Source: an uncultured Methanospirillum sp.
Lineage (GTDB): Archaea; Halobacteriota; Methanomicrobia; Methanomicrobiales; Methanospirillaceae
Reading direction: 5' to 3'
Assembly (NCBI GenBank): GCA_964637135.1
Contig: CAZWTX010000019.1
Location: 1-47,067, forward strand
Length of the DNA: 47,067 nt
Shown: positions 9,530 to 18,490 of the stretch, in pieces
Position numbering within the stretch: the first letter of the stretch is position 1
Layout: each line of letters starts with the position of its first letter
Translations under genes and position numbers: made by a program
The notes under the pieces: generated by a model
Databases searched by the model: none
Seen by the model: the letters and a program-made list of their open reading frames with translations, nothing else
What the model was told of the DNA's origin: nothing

Positions 9530-10584
9530 TATTGGAGCCTCCGAAGCATCTTGTCAAAAAAGAGTTTTTCCGTATCATGGGGACCGGCATGGGCTTCCGG
9601 ATGAAACTGGACACAATGGATATCAAGGGAAGGATCTTCAAACCCTTCGAGGGATCCATCATTGCAATTGGTAAAGGTAATCCGGCATCCCTCCGGAAGG
9701 GAAGTCCCTTCGACGATAAACCCGTGATTCTGCGATGTGATCATTATTGTCCCGTCCATGTACCGTACCGGCTGGTTCGCTCCCCGATGGCCGAACTTCA
9801 TCTTCTTTGTCTCGCCCCCAAGGGCAAGACTGCAGATCTGGTTACCCATGCATATGCCGTAAATCGGAAGGGTTCCTATGAGATCTTTGACCGAAGCGAT
9901 GGTATCTTTCGCCATAACCGGATCACCTGGCCCGTTTGTAATAAAAAGGGCATCAGGCCTGACCGAGAGGATCTCATCAGCAGGGGTGTCGTGAGGGAAG
10001 ATATGCAGATTTGTTCCCCTTTTATGAAGGCTCTTGATAATGTTTCGTTTCACCCCGAGATCCATAATCGCAACAACCGGTCCGTTTCCGGGTATCTGGT
10101 ATGGTTCGGTGCAGCTTACCGCAGGAATGAGGTTCTCGGTGGTTATATCCGGAGTCTTCCGTGCCATCTCCACGGCAGCAGGTCCGTCATCTGAGTCGGT
10201 TATCAGGGCGGCACGGATGGTTCCCTGTTCTCTGATGCTGATGGTGAGAGAACGGGTGTCCACCCCGCTGATCCCGATGAGTCCGTTCTCCTCGAAATAG
10301 TCAGAAAAGAGGGGAAGTGCAGCAGGTTTCCTGCAGAGTTCGTGAACAACGCAGCCGCGGGCCCATACACGGCTGCTTTGAAAATTATCTGTATCAACAC
10401 CGTAATTCCCGATAAGCGGGTAGGTAAAGAGAAGGATCTGCCCGTTGTAACTTGGATCGGTAAGGGCCTCCATGTATCCGGTCATCTGAGTGGAAAAAAC
10501 CAGTTCTCCACTGGCTTTTCCCTCTGCTCCAAACCCTTCACCAATACAGTATCGCCCATCTTCGAGCCCGAGAGCAGCCTTCAT
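9529..10584 (-). CDS. carA: Carbamoyl-phosphate synthase small (glutaminase) subunit
   Basis: TGYMEALTDPSY, NGPGDP, GICMGNQ (catalytic Cys), VQFHPEA; start placed at MKAALGLEDG; stop overlaps the carB ATG. Confidence 0.97.
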   Translation of the reverse strand: MKAALGLEDGRYCIGEGFGAEGKASGELVFSTQMTGYMEALTDPSYNGQILLFTYPLIGNYGVDTDNFQSSRVWARGCVVHELCRKPAALPLFSDYFEENGLIGISGVDTRSLTISIREQGTIRAALITDSDDGPAAVEMARKTPDITTENLIPAVSCTEPYQIPGNGPVVAIMDLGVKRNIIKSLHKRGTNLHIFPHDTPADEILSVRPDALFITNGPGDPVMAKDTIASVKDLIGTLPIYGICMGNQICSLALGGETKKMKFGHRGANQPVRYMDGTIMITSQNHGFIVEGTSLPEGCRITFTNCNDGSLEGFEDPSLDIHCVQFHPEAHAGPHDTEKLFFDKMLRRLQ

Positions 10585-10787
10585 AGTAAGTATCCCATAT
10601 TGATAGGCGCACAGGAGTATTAACGATACCTTCATCCGGAAAAACGGCCGGAAACCGGACAATCGCGTCATGGTTTGATATGGGATCCCCTGGTTGAGCG
10701 AAAGGATTCCGCCTGAATTTCATACCGGATAATCCGGTTATTCACGTTGGATTACCCTTATCTCTCTGTAAACCAGATATATGTGGG

Positions 10788-11333
10788 ATGGCAGTTCCCC
10801 GGAAGATCTTTTTTACAAAGGGTATTGGTATCCACAAGGACCGGCTTGCCTCTTTTGAGGCAGCACTCAGGGATGCAGGAATAGAGATGGTCAACCTGGT
10901 ATACGTATCGAGCATTTTTCCCCCCAACTGCCAGGAGATTTCGCGTGAGGACGGACTCAGGGAATTACGGCCTGGCGAGATTACCTATGCTGTTATGGCA
11001 AAGAATGACACGAACGAACCAAACCGGATGGTGAGTGCTGCAATCGGCCTGGCCCTCCCGAAAGAGTCCAATCATTACGGGTACCTCTCTGAGCATCATC
11101 CGTTCGGTGAAGATGCATTGTACGCCGGTGAATATGCAGAAGACCTTGCAGCCACCATGCTGGCCACCACACTTGGTATTGAGTTTGATCCTGACACAGC
11201 ATGGCAGGAGCGGGAACAGATCTACAAGGCAAGCGGGAAGATCATCGAGACAAAACATATCTCCCATTCTGCAACCGGTGATCCGGAAGGAAGATGGACG
11301 ACCGTGATCGCAGCAGCTGTCTTTATTCTCTGA
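10788..11333 (+). CDS. pdaD: Pyruvoyl-dependent arginine decarboxylase
   Basis: [21 protein letters not shown] (Ser-Ser autocleavage site), YGYLSEHH. Confidence 0.92.
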   Translation: MAVPRKIFFTKGIGIHKDRLASFEAALRDAGIEMVNLVYVSSIFPPNCQEISREDGLRELRPGEITYAVMAKNDTNEPNRMVSAAIGLALPKESNHYGYLSEHHPFGEDALYAGEYAEDLAATMLATTLGIEFDPDTAWQEREQIYKASGKIIETKHISHSATGDPEGRWTTVIAAAVFIL

Positions 11334-11336
11334 TCG

Positions 11337-11349
11337 TTTTCTTTTTTTT
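11337..11349 (+). terminator. Archaeal oligo-T terminator after pdaD
   Basis: TTTTCTTTTTTTT immediately downstream of the stop codon. Confidence 0.55.
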
Positions 11350-11461
11350 GACGTTTCATGACCTTTAAGTAATATTTTTAACATATCCCTCGAATATTCT
11401 ACTATCATCGTATGACTTTACGGGAGGGCAGCCCGTGTCGTGACGATATTATGTGATCCAT

Positions 11462-13468
11462 ATGGATACCGCAATTCGCCGGGAAGTTCGGGGTTTACTC
11501 ATTAAGGGGGAGGATGCACTTGGTCGCCATGACTATGAGCGTGCATCCGGGTATTTCAGGAAGGCATACAGCCTGGATCCGGATAATATCAAGGCGGTAG
11601 TGAACCTGGGGTTTTCATATGTGAAAATGGGACGATTATCCCATGCCCAGAAATGTTTCAGTTCTGCACTTGAACTTGATCCGGAAAATCCGGTTGCTAA
11701 AAAGAATTTAAATCTCCTGACACGGCCCCAGACCCGTGCCGGGTACCAACCCCGGTACAAACCCAGACCAGAAGAAGAACTCTATATCAGGTATATGCAA
11801 TGGGGGAACCTCCAGTTCGACGCTGGTAACTACTATGCAGCAGTCCAGTATTACCAGTCAGCAGCTGCTATACATCCTGATTTCATCGAACCATATATGA
11901 AGACCGGGCTCTGTTATGAAGAACTGAGTGAATTTTCCCGTGCCGTATCTGCATACGAAGAGGCTCTCAGTATCTATCCGAATGACCCGGTGGCAAGGGA
12001 ACACCTCGCCACCTGTATGGGACTGATCGAGGAAGAAGAGAGCAGACCCCGTCCGAAACCCCCTGAAAAGCGGGTGATTCCGAAACCTCCGGAACCAGCA
12101 CCCCCGGAGACGGCCCGTCCGTCAACTCCCCAGGCCCCCGCCAGGTCTGCCGTCCGGTCTGATGATGACATGATCGATGCCATTCTCAACCAGTACAGCA
12201 ACCTCCTCTCCGATGCAGCCGAAAAGAAAGCAGTCACTGAAAAACAGGATCCGATTGAAGAAGAAAAACCCCTGATTGCCGGCGAAGAGAAAGCCGGCAG
12301 CGGAGAACCTGCTCCTGAGGCTGCTGCCGCCCCTGCTCCGGTAAAACCCTCCGCATCTCCTGGTGGTATGGATGATGCGGTGAGCAGTATTCTGAGCCAG
12401 TTTGCAGATGAGGTCCCTGCTGGTGAGGAGAAAGCGGCCGGCGAAGAGAAAGCCGGCAGTGGTGAACCTGCTCCTGAGGCTGCTGCCGCCCCTGCTCCGG
12501 CAAAACCCCCCGCATCTTCTGGCGGTATGGATGATGCGGTGAGCAGTATTCTGAGCCAGTTTGCAGATGAGGTCCCTGCTGGTGAGGAGAAAGCGGCCGG
12601 CGAAGAGAAAGCCGGCAGCGGAGAACCTGCTCCTGAGGTTGCTACTGCCCCGGCGAAACCCTCGGGTTCCCCGGGCGGCATGGATGATGCAGTGAGCAAT
12701 ATTCTGAGCCAGTTTGCGGATGAGATCCCCACCGATGGCAGAAATAAAGAAGAAGGAACATCTCCCGCTGAACCGGAATTTCAGACCGGTGCAGCACCTC
12801 TCTCCAGCGGAGACAAATTGCCCAAGAAAAATGGAATCCGGGTAGATCTGAACGATAACCAGAAAGATGCCCTTCGCGAACTCGGTAATATCGGGGCATC
12901 CCATGCAGCCACCACGCTCTCCACGATGCTCAACACCCCGATCATGCTCAATGTTCCGGAAATTGCGATCGTGGATTTTCACGAGATCAACCGGCAAATC
13001 ACCCAGGAAAACTCAGCCATGGTCATCTTCACCATGGAAGGACAGATGAAGCAGGCAGGATATGTCATCCTTCATGTTCCCCAGGAATCGGTTGTTCAGA
13101 TGACAAGCATCATGCTTGGAATGCCGATTGAACCAAACCGGGCACTCAACGAGATGGATGAGAGTGCAATCAACGAGATCGGAAACATCATGGTATCGGC
13201 GTTCCTTGACGGCACGGCTGAGCTCCTCGGGATAATCATGCTCCCATCACCGCCGAGAACCATATTTGATCTCCCGAAAAACGTCTTTGACCTCGTGATC
13301 AACGAGAGCAATATTCTCTATGACAACGTGGTCTTCTTCAAAACAGAACTCATCTGTGATGAGCATGAACTGAACCTGAACATCTTTATGATTCCAAACC
13401 CGCCGGTTCTGACGAGCATTGTCAGGATGCTGGAGAAGATCATCGAAGACTCGGCTTCAACGGAATAA
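11462..13468 (+). CDS. TPR-repeat protein with tandem-repeat linker and C-terminal CheC phosphatase domain
   Basis: Two N-terminal blocks of TPR repeats; Pro/Ala/Glu-rich repeated linker; CheC domain with DALRELGNIG and SAINEIGNIM...PSPP; convergent with cheD. Confidence 0.88.
   Translation: MDTAIRREVRGLLIKGEDALGRHDYERASGYFRKAYSLDPDNIKAVVNLGFSYVKMGRLSHAQKCFSSALELDPENPVAKKNLNLLTRPQTRAGYQPRYKPRPEEELYIRYMQWGNLQFDAGNYYAAVQYYQSAAAIHPDFIEPYMKTGLCYEELSEFSRAVSAYEEALSIYPNDPVAREHLATCMGLIEEEESRPRPKPPEKRVIPKPPEPAPPETARPSTPQAPARSAVRSDDDMIDAILNQYSNLLSDAAEKKAVTEKQDPIEEEKPLIAGEEKAGSGEPAPEAAAAPAPVKPSASPGGMDDAVSSILSQFADEVPAGEEKAAGEEKAGSGEPAPEAAAAPAPAKPPASSGGMDDAVSSILSQFADEVPAGEEKAAGEEKAGSGEPAPEVATAPAKPSGSPGGMDDAVSNILSQFADEIPTDGRNKEEGTSPAEPEFQTGAAPLSSGDKLPKKNGIRVDLNDNQKDALRELGNIGASHAATTLSTMLNTPIMLNVPEIAIVDFHEINRQITQENSAMVIFTMEGQMKQAGYVILHVPQESVVQMTSIMLGMPIEPNRALNEMDESAINEIGNIMVSAFLDGTAELLGIIMLPSPPRTIFDLPKNVFDLVINESNILYDNVVFFKTELICDEHELNLNIFMIPNPPVLTSIVRMLEKIIEDSASTE
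12278..12730 (+). repeat. Intragenic tandem repeat, ~3 copies of a 159-bp (53-aa) unit
   Basis: Units start at 12281, 12440 and 12599 (GGCGAAGAGAAAGCCGGCAG...); units 1 and 2 are nearly identical, unit 3 lacks 6 bp and is truncated. Confidence 0.95.
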
Positions 13469-13470
13469 AA

Positions 13471-13971
13471 TCAGATCTCTTTTGATTTTCCGTCTGCCTG
13501 CCTGATGAGATACCTGCCATTCTCGCGGGGATAGTAGGTGACCGTCCGTCCCACAGTTCCCCCGATATCTTCACGGACGATCGGGATATTGCGTTCTTTG
13601 AGAAGTTCCCTGAGCCGTTCCACGTTCCGGTCCCCGATGTTGAGATTACCGGAAAAATTCTGGAACATCGAGGCACCACCGGCCAGTTTCGCCCGCAGGG
13701 TTCCCGTTCTGCACCCTTTCTGGCCCAGTTCACGGAGAAGGATTTCAACCGCCGTATCAGCATATTTTCCAACCCGCTCACCTGGTTTTCCGGTTGAATT
13801 CGGAAGCATTACATGTGCCAGCCCGCCTATCTTCCGTTCTTCATCATGGATTACCAGTCCGACGCATGATCCGAGCCCTATGGACATCATGACGTCACCT
13901 CCCACACAGTATTCACCGATCCCGATGACGATGACCTCCTGCTGGTCATGGACAATGGTAGATCCATTCAT
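13471..13971 (-). CDS. cheD: Chemoreceptor glutamine deamidase CheD
   Basis: [40 protein letters not shown] and [10 protein letters not shown] motifs. Confidence 0.95.
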   Translation of the reverse strand: MNGSTIVHDQQEVIVIGIGEYCVGGDVMMSIGLGSCVGLVIHDEERKIGGLAHVMLPNSTGKPGERVGKYADTAVEILLRELGQKGCRTGTLRAKLAGGASMFQNFSGNLNIGDRNVERLRELLKERNIPIVREDIGGTVGRTVTYYPRENGRYLIRQADGKSKEI

Positions 13972-13993
13972 GATATGGTATCCGTGTTATTGC

Positions 13994-14644
13994 TTACCCT
14001 GATGATGCAATGACATTTTCCATCCTGACAAAGAGTTCTTTCAGGAGGTTTTTTCCCGGGAGTAAAATGATGTTGGCAATGATTTCATATTCTGCGCATT
14101 TTAGTTCTGTCCTGAAAAGAACCACCTGGTCGAGATCATCTTCGATCTCCTGGGTGGCGATGATTGTTTCAAGGGCGGCATGCGGCATATCGATCACCAG
14201 GGATGGCGGGGAAGGTATCATGATGATGGAGAGGAGGGTTGCACAGGCATCCAGGAATGCAGATGTCATGATGTTCCCGATCTCATTGAGAGCACTCATG
14301 TCCATGTCGTCCATTACCCGGTTGACATCGGTGAGCCCGAGCATGATGTTGGTCAGCCGGATGGAACTGCTCTCAGGGATATGGAGGAGAAGGTATCCTT
14401 CACTCTTGATCTGCCCCTGGATCTTGAAGACCACCATTGCAGCCTTACTGTCATCCAGATAATCCTGCAGACTCGAGAGATTCACGAGGATAATCTCAGG
14501 TACCCGGATGGTGATGAAGGTATTGAGCATGGTGGACAGGGTTGTTGCGGCATGTGCAGCACCGATATTGCCGAGCTCCCGGAGTTCATCTGCCTGCTGG
14601 TCAGTAATCGTGAATCCCCCATCGGTAATAACGTTATTGCGCAT
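13994..14644 (-). CDS. cheC: CheC domain, possibly translated independently from an internal ATG (216 aa)
   Basis: GGAGGGTGA SD 8 nt upstream of in-frame ATG 14644; motifs DELRELGNIG and SALNEIGNIM...PSPP. Confidence 0.65.
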   Translation of the reverse strand: MRNNVITDGGFTITDQQADELRELGNIGAAHAATTLSTMLNTFITIRVPEIILVNLSSLQDYLDDSKAAMVVFKIQGQIKSEGYLLLHIPESSSIRLTNIMLGLTDVNRVMDDMDMSALNEIGNIMTSAFLDACATLLSIIMIPSPPSLVIDMPHAALETIIATQEIEDDLDQVVLFRTELKCAEYEIIANIILLPGKNLLKELFVRMENVIASSG

Positions 14645-17023
14645 TATCTTTTTCACCCTCCCGCTGGTGTTTTTTTTTTGGCCTTTCTGACCTGCTCCCT
14701 CGCGAAGGATCCCTTTTACATCAAGGACCGGAACGACTTCCCCGTCTCCCGGGATGGTGACCCCTGAAACCCCTTCACAGGTTCCGACAAACTTTGAAAG
14801 CGGTTTGATAACCACTTCCTGCTGTCCCTCGATGAGATCTGCGATGATAGCCCCCTTTTTCTGCTGGTTCTGGATGACAACGATCACCTCCTCGTTCTGT
14901 GATCGTCCGAACATGTCATCCAGGCGATAGAGAACGATGATCTCATCCCGCATCAGGATCCCTTCACCATGACCGATGTTCTGGATCGGAAATGCAGCCA
15001 GACTTGCCACTTCCCCAACATTCGTGATGGGAATGGCACAGCGGCGCCCATTGATCCGGATCATCATGACCATCACGATGGCCATGGTGGGCGGTAAAAC
15101 CAGTTCAAACCGTGTCCCCTCTCCGAGAACCGATTCAAGTTTGATCGTTCCCTGGAGACCAGCTATCGTAGTTTTCACGACATCAAGACCGACACCCCGG
15201 CCACTGATATCGGTGATCTTGTCAGCCGTCGAAAAACCGGGGAGAAAGAGAAGATCGTTGCATTCTGCATCAGACATCAGGGCAGCGGCCTCTTCGGTGA
15301 TGAGACCGCGCTCAAGAGCTTTTCTCCGGATCTTTTCGGAATCTATCCCGCCGCCATCGTCCTCGATGACGATTACGACATTATCCTTATCTCGCGATGC
15401 GGAGAGTTTCAGGGTTCCTTTGGCCGGCTTTCCGTTCCTGACCCTGACATCCGGGGATTCGATCCCGTGATCAAGGCCATTGCGGATCAGGTGGAGAAGG
15501 GGATCGTTCAGGCCATCCATGACACTCCGATCAAGCTCGGTCTCGCCACCTTCCACGATGAAATCAACTTCCTTTCCTTCTTTCGTGGCAATATCGCGCA
15601 CCGTTCGCGGGAACCGGTTAAAAATATGGTTCAGGGGGATCATCCTGATATCCATCATCATAACCTGGAGGTCTGACACCGACCTCCCGACCATGTTGAG
15701 TGTCTCGTCGAGTTCCTTGATCTTGTGCTGTTGGGCGATCTGTTCTAGTCTTCCCCGGTTTATCACGAGATCCTCAACAAGGTTCATCATGTGATCGAGC
15801 CGGTCGATATCAACCCTGATGTTCTTGACTTCCCGTTTCTTCTCCACCTTCTCCGGTGTAGAACCGGGAATATGTTCGGCGATACCGGCCGGGACGGGAA
15901 CATCAGGCTGGCTGACGGGACATTCTTTCCGGGTTTCAACGCTGACTGTGGCTGATTTGATATCAGATCCCTTCAGGAGCCCCTCAATAGTGGTTTTATC
16001 CGCGTCAGATCCGAGAACGAGTTCCATCATCCCGTCAAAGGCATCGCTATCCTCGATAATCTCCCGCCCAGGTGTTATCGAGACGATTGTCCCGGATCCC
16101 TCCAGGTTCTGGAGCAGGATCATTGACCGCAGGTTCTTCGAGTCAACCGAAGAAGAGATCTCTATGTGAATCACGTACCGGTACCGGAAATCGGGGAGTG
16201 TCTCTGTCTGCCCGGTTGCTGGTGGCTGGATCGCCTTCGATGGCTCTGGGAACTCGGGAACGATCTTCTTCTCACTGATATCAGAGACCGAAAGAACCGT
16301 TTCAAGCGCTTCCTGGCCTGCGTTGCTGGAGAGGACGAGATCGATTGTTCCGGTAAAGGAGGCATCATCCTCGACGGTCTCCCGTGCCGGGCTAATCTCG
16401 ATGATCGTCCCGAGGTTTTCGAGGTTCTGCAGGATCAGCATTGCCCTGAGATTCCTGTTGTCAACATCCGCTGCAAGGCCGATATGGATCTGGTAATCCT
16501 GGATCTCTGACTGATCGCCTGACTCGTACGGAGGAATCTCGTACATGTCCCCGGTGGTGTCCTCTATCGGGACCGGTTCACCTTTTTGTTCTGGCACGGC
16601 AGCTGCCGGCTGACCTTTTTCCACTGCCGGGCTTTTTGCCTCACCAGTCATCCAGTTCTTCAGGGCCTTGACCCGGGCATCCTTATGCTCAAGAATACCG
16701 TCTCCTCCACCCTCAATCTCATCGATCATCTGCTCGATGTCATCGGTTCCGGCAAGAAGATCGTTGACGAGTGATTTGCTTACCTCAAGAACCCCTGACC
16801 GGATCTGGGAGAAAACATCTTCAAGGGCATGACAGATCTCCTCCATGTGCATAAAACCCATGGATGCAGACATACCTTTGAGCGAGTGTGCTGATCGGAA
16901 TATCTCGTCTATCGCAGTAGAATCAGTCCCCTGTTCAAGGATAAGGAGATTGCTGACCACTGCTTCAAGGTTTTCTCGTGATTCAGCAACGTAGAGGCTT
17001 CGGTATGCATCGAGATCTGACAT
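13994..17023 (-). CDS. cheA: Chemotaxis histidine kinase CheA (Hpt, two P2, dimerisation, HATPase, CheW-like P5) in frame with a C-terminal CheC domain
   Basis: FRSAHSLKG (phospho-His), DPLLHLIRNGLDHG, EDDGGG, SGRGVGLDVV, P5 domain, then a CheC domain; GGTGA SD before ATG 17023. Confidence 0.93.
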   Translation of the reverse strand: MSDLDAYRSLYVAESRENLEAVVSNLLILEQGTDSTAIDEIFRSAHSLKGMSASMGFMHMEEICHALEDVFSQIRSGVLEVSKSLVNDLLAGTDDIEQMIDEIEGGGDGILEHKDARVKALKNWMTGEAKSPAVEKGQPAAAVPEQKGEPVPIEDTTGDMYEIPPYESGDQSEIQDYQIHIGLAADVDNRNLRAMLILQNLENLGTIIEISPARETVEDDASFTGTIDLVLSSNAGQEALETVLSVSDISEKKIVPEFPEPSKAIQPPATGQTETLPDFRYRYVIHIEISSSVDSKNLRSMILLQNLEGSGTIVSITPGREIIEDSDAFDGMMELVLGSDADKTTIEGLLKGSDIKSATVSVETRKECPVSQPDVPVPAGIAEHIPGSTPEKVEKKREVKNIRVDIDRLDHMMNLVEDLVINRGRLEQIAQQHKIKELDETLNMVGRSVSDLQVMMMDIRMIPLNHIFNRFPRTVRDIATKEGKEVDFIVEGGETELDRSVMDGLNDPLLHLIRNGLDHGIESPDVRVRNGKPAKGTLKLSASRDKDNVVIVIEDDGGGIDSEKIRRKALERGLITEEAAALMSDAECNDLLFLPGFSTADKITDISGRGVGLDVVKTTIAGLQGTIKLESVLGEGTRFELVLPPTMAIVMVMMIRINGRRCAIPITNVGEVASLAAFPIQNIGHGEGILMRDEIIVLYRLDDMFGRSQNEEVIVVIQNQQKKGAIIADLIEGQQEVVIKPLSKFVGTCEGVSGVTIPGDGEVVPVLDVKGILREGAGQKGQKKNTSGRVKKIMRNNVITDGGFTITDQQADELRELGNIGAAHAATTLSTMLNTFITIRVPEIILVNLSSLQDYLDDSKAAMVVFKIQGQIKSEGYLLLHIPESSSIRLTNIMLGLTDVNRVMDDMDMSALNEIGNIMTSAFLDACATLLSIIMIPSPPSLVIDMPHAALETIIATQEIEDDLDQVVLFRTELKCAEYEIIANIILLPGKNLLKELFVRMENVIASSG

Positions 17024-17028
17024 GTGAT

Positions 17029-18057
17029 TCACCCAGACATGGTTCGGATAAACTCTTCGATCTTGACGGGAATGCTTTTCAGCGGAACAACATGGTCTAC
17101 ACAGTTCCGGCTGAGGGCCGATCGGGCCATACCATACACAAGACAGTCCTCTTCCCTGCAGACCATCGTGATACCACCTGCACGCTTAATGAATTCAGTT
17201 CCCTCACCACCGTCGTTCCCCATCCCTGAAAGAATAACAGATACAATCCTCTGCCCGTACACCTGGCTTGCGGAAGAAAACGTCTTGTCAACTGCCGGTT
17301 TCACATTGTGCACCGGTGGCGAATCGGCAAGAACGATCTTTCCCCCCTGGACCCCGCCCTTGTCCATGAACGAGGAGACGATGGTATGAAAACCCGCCTT
17401 AGAAACCAGCACTGTTCCTTTCTTGAGGACATCCCCGTTCTCGGTCTCCTTAATCCGGAGTTGTGAGATCCGGTCCAGGCGGTTTGCCAGTGCAGCGGTA
17501 AACCCGCCTTTTGGCATGTGCTGGGTAATGATGACTGCGGCATTCAGGCTGGCGGGAAGGGTGGATACGACCACGTCAAGCATGGGCGGTCCGCCGGCAG
17601 ATGAACCGACGAGGACGATGTTTCGTGCAATCTCATCCTTGAATGTCGGTTTTGCAGTAACATAAGCGATGGTACAGATATTCTTGATCTTCTGTTTCAG
17701 TTCCCCGGAGATCTCCCTGATATTCTTGATACCCCGGGGTTTGAGCATGAAATCATCTGCACCAAGAGCAATTGCCCGCTTCGTCATCTCTGCTCCTTCA
17801 GATGTGAGGGAACTGAGCATCAGGGTTTTAGGGAAACGGGTAAAATCCTTGCGTTTTTCAAGGACACCAAGTCCGTCAAGACGGGGCATCTCGATGTCAA
17901 GGGTAATAAGATCGGGTTTCAGCTCATGGATCTTCTCGAGCGCTTCTACGCCGTCGTTGGCAATTCCGACGATCTCGATCTCGGGATCGTCGGCAAGCAT
18001 ATCCTGTACTACGGTTCTGATGAAGAGTGAATCATCGATGACAAGAACCCGTATCAT
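17029..18057 (-). CDS. cheB: Chemotaxis response regulator protein-glutamate methylesterase CheB
   Basis: REC domain (VIDDS, TLDIEMP) plus methylesterase motifs GSSAGGP, QHMP and SGMGNDG. Confidence 0.95.
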   Translation of the reverse strand: MIRVLVIDDSLFIRTVVQDMLADDPEIEIVGIANDGVEALEKIHELKPDLITLDIEMPRLDGLGVLEKRKDFTRFPKTLMLSSLTSEGAEMTKRAIALGADDFMLKPRGIKNIREISGELKQKIKNICTIAYVTAKPTFKDEIARNIVLVGSSAGGPPMLDVVVSTLPASLNAAVIITQHMPKGGFTAALANRLDRISQLRIKETENGDVLKKGTVLVSKAGFHTIVSSFMDKGGVQGGKIVLADSPPVHNVKPAVDKTFSSASQVYGQRIVSVILSGMGNDGGEGTEFIKRAGGITMVCREEDCLVYGMARSALSRNCVDHVVPLKSIPVKIEEFIRTMSG

Positions 18058-18060
18058 GTG

Positions 18061-18423
18061 TCAAGCACCAAGGACATTCGCAATTTCTTCGAGAACCTTG
18101 GGAGCCTGGAACGGCTTGACAATATAGCCCCGGGCACCACTTTTGATGGCGAGTTTTACCATCTGCTCCTGTCCGACTGCAGTACACATGATAACCCGGG
18201 CATTGCCATCGAGGGATTTTATCGCTTTTAAAGCTTCTATCCCGTTCATCTTTGGCATGACCACATCCATGGTTACCAGGTCCGGTTTTAAATCCCGGTA
18301 CTTATTCACTCCGATATCCCCATCCTCGGCCTCACCGACGATCTCGTGACCGCCGGCAGTCAGGATGTTCTTCAGCAATGTTCGCATAAAAAGAGTATCA
18401 TCGACAATTAGGATTCGTCCCAT
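18061..18423 (-). CDS. cheY: Chemotaxis response regulator CheY
   Basis: 120-aa single REC domain (IVDD, TMDVVMP, YIVKPF); GGAGG SD; adjacent to cheB. Confidence 0.93.
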   Translation of the reverse strand: MGRILIVDDTLFMRTLLKNILTAGGHEIVGEAEDGDIGVNKYRDLKPDLVTMDVVMPKMNGIEALKAIKSLDGNARVIMCTAVGQEQMVKLAIKSGARGYIVKPFQAPKVLEEIANVLGA

Positions 18424-18490
18424 GGCTGAACGGTTCCTCCTATGATAAAGAAGCTATGTAATTGTAAAAGGATTGCGGAATCCCGGGGGG

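Noticed and set aside
12278..12730. Repeat array as a possible CRISPR
   Set aside because: Units are 159 bp, contiguous, in frame within a CDS and have no unique spacers; no cas genes are nearby
11974..12997. Long antisense ORFs (252 and 291 aa) over the TPR-CheC linker
   Set aside because: Shadow ORFs produced by GC-rich repeated codons
18455..18460. Single TACATA (EarA-like box) on the minus strand upstream of cheY
   Set aside because: A lone hexamer in AT-rich DNA is expected by chance; the known EarA target promoter has multiple copies
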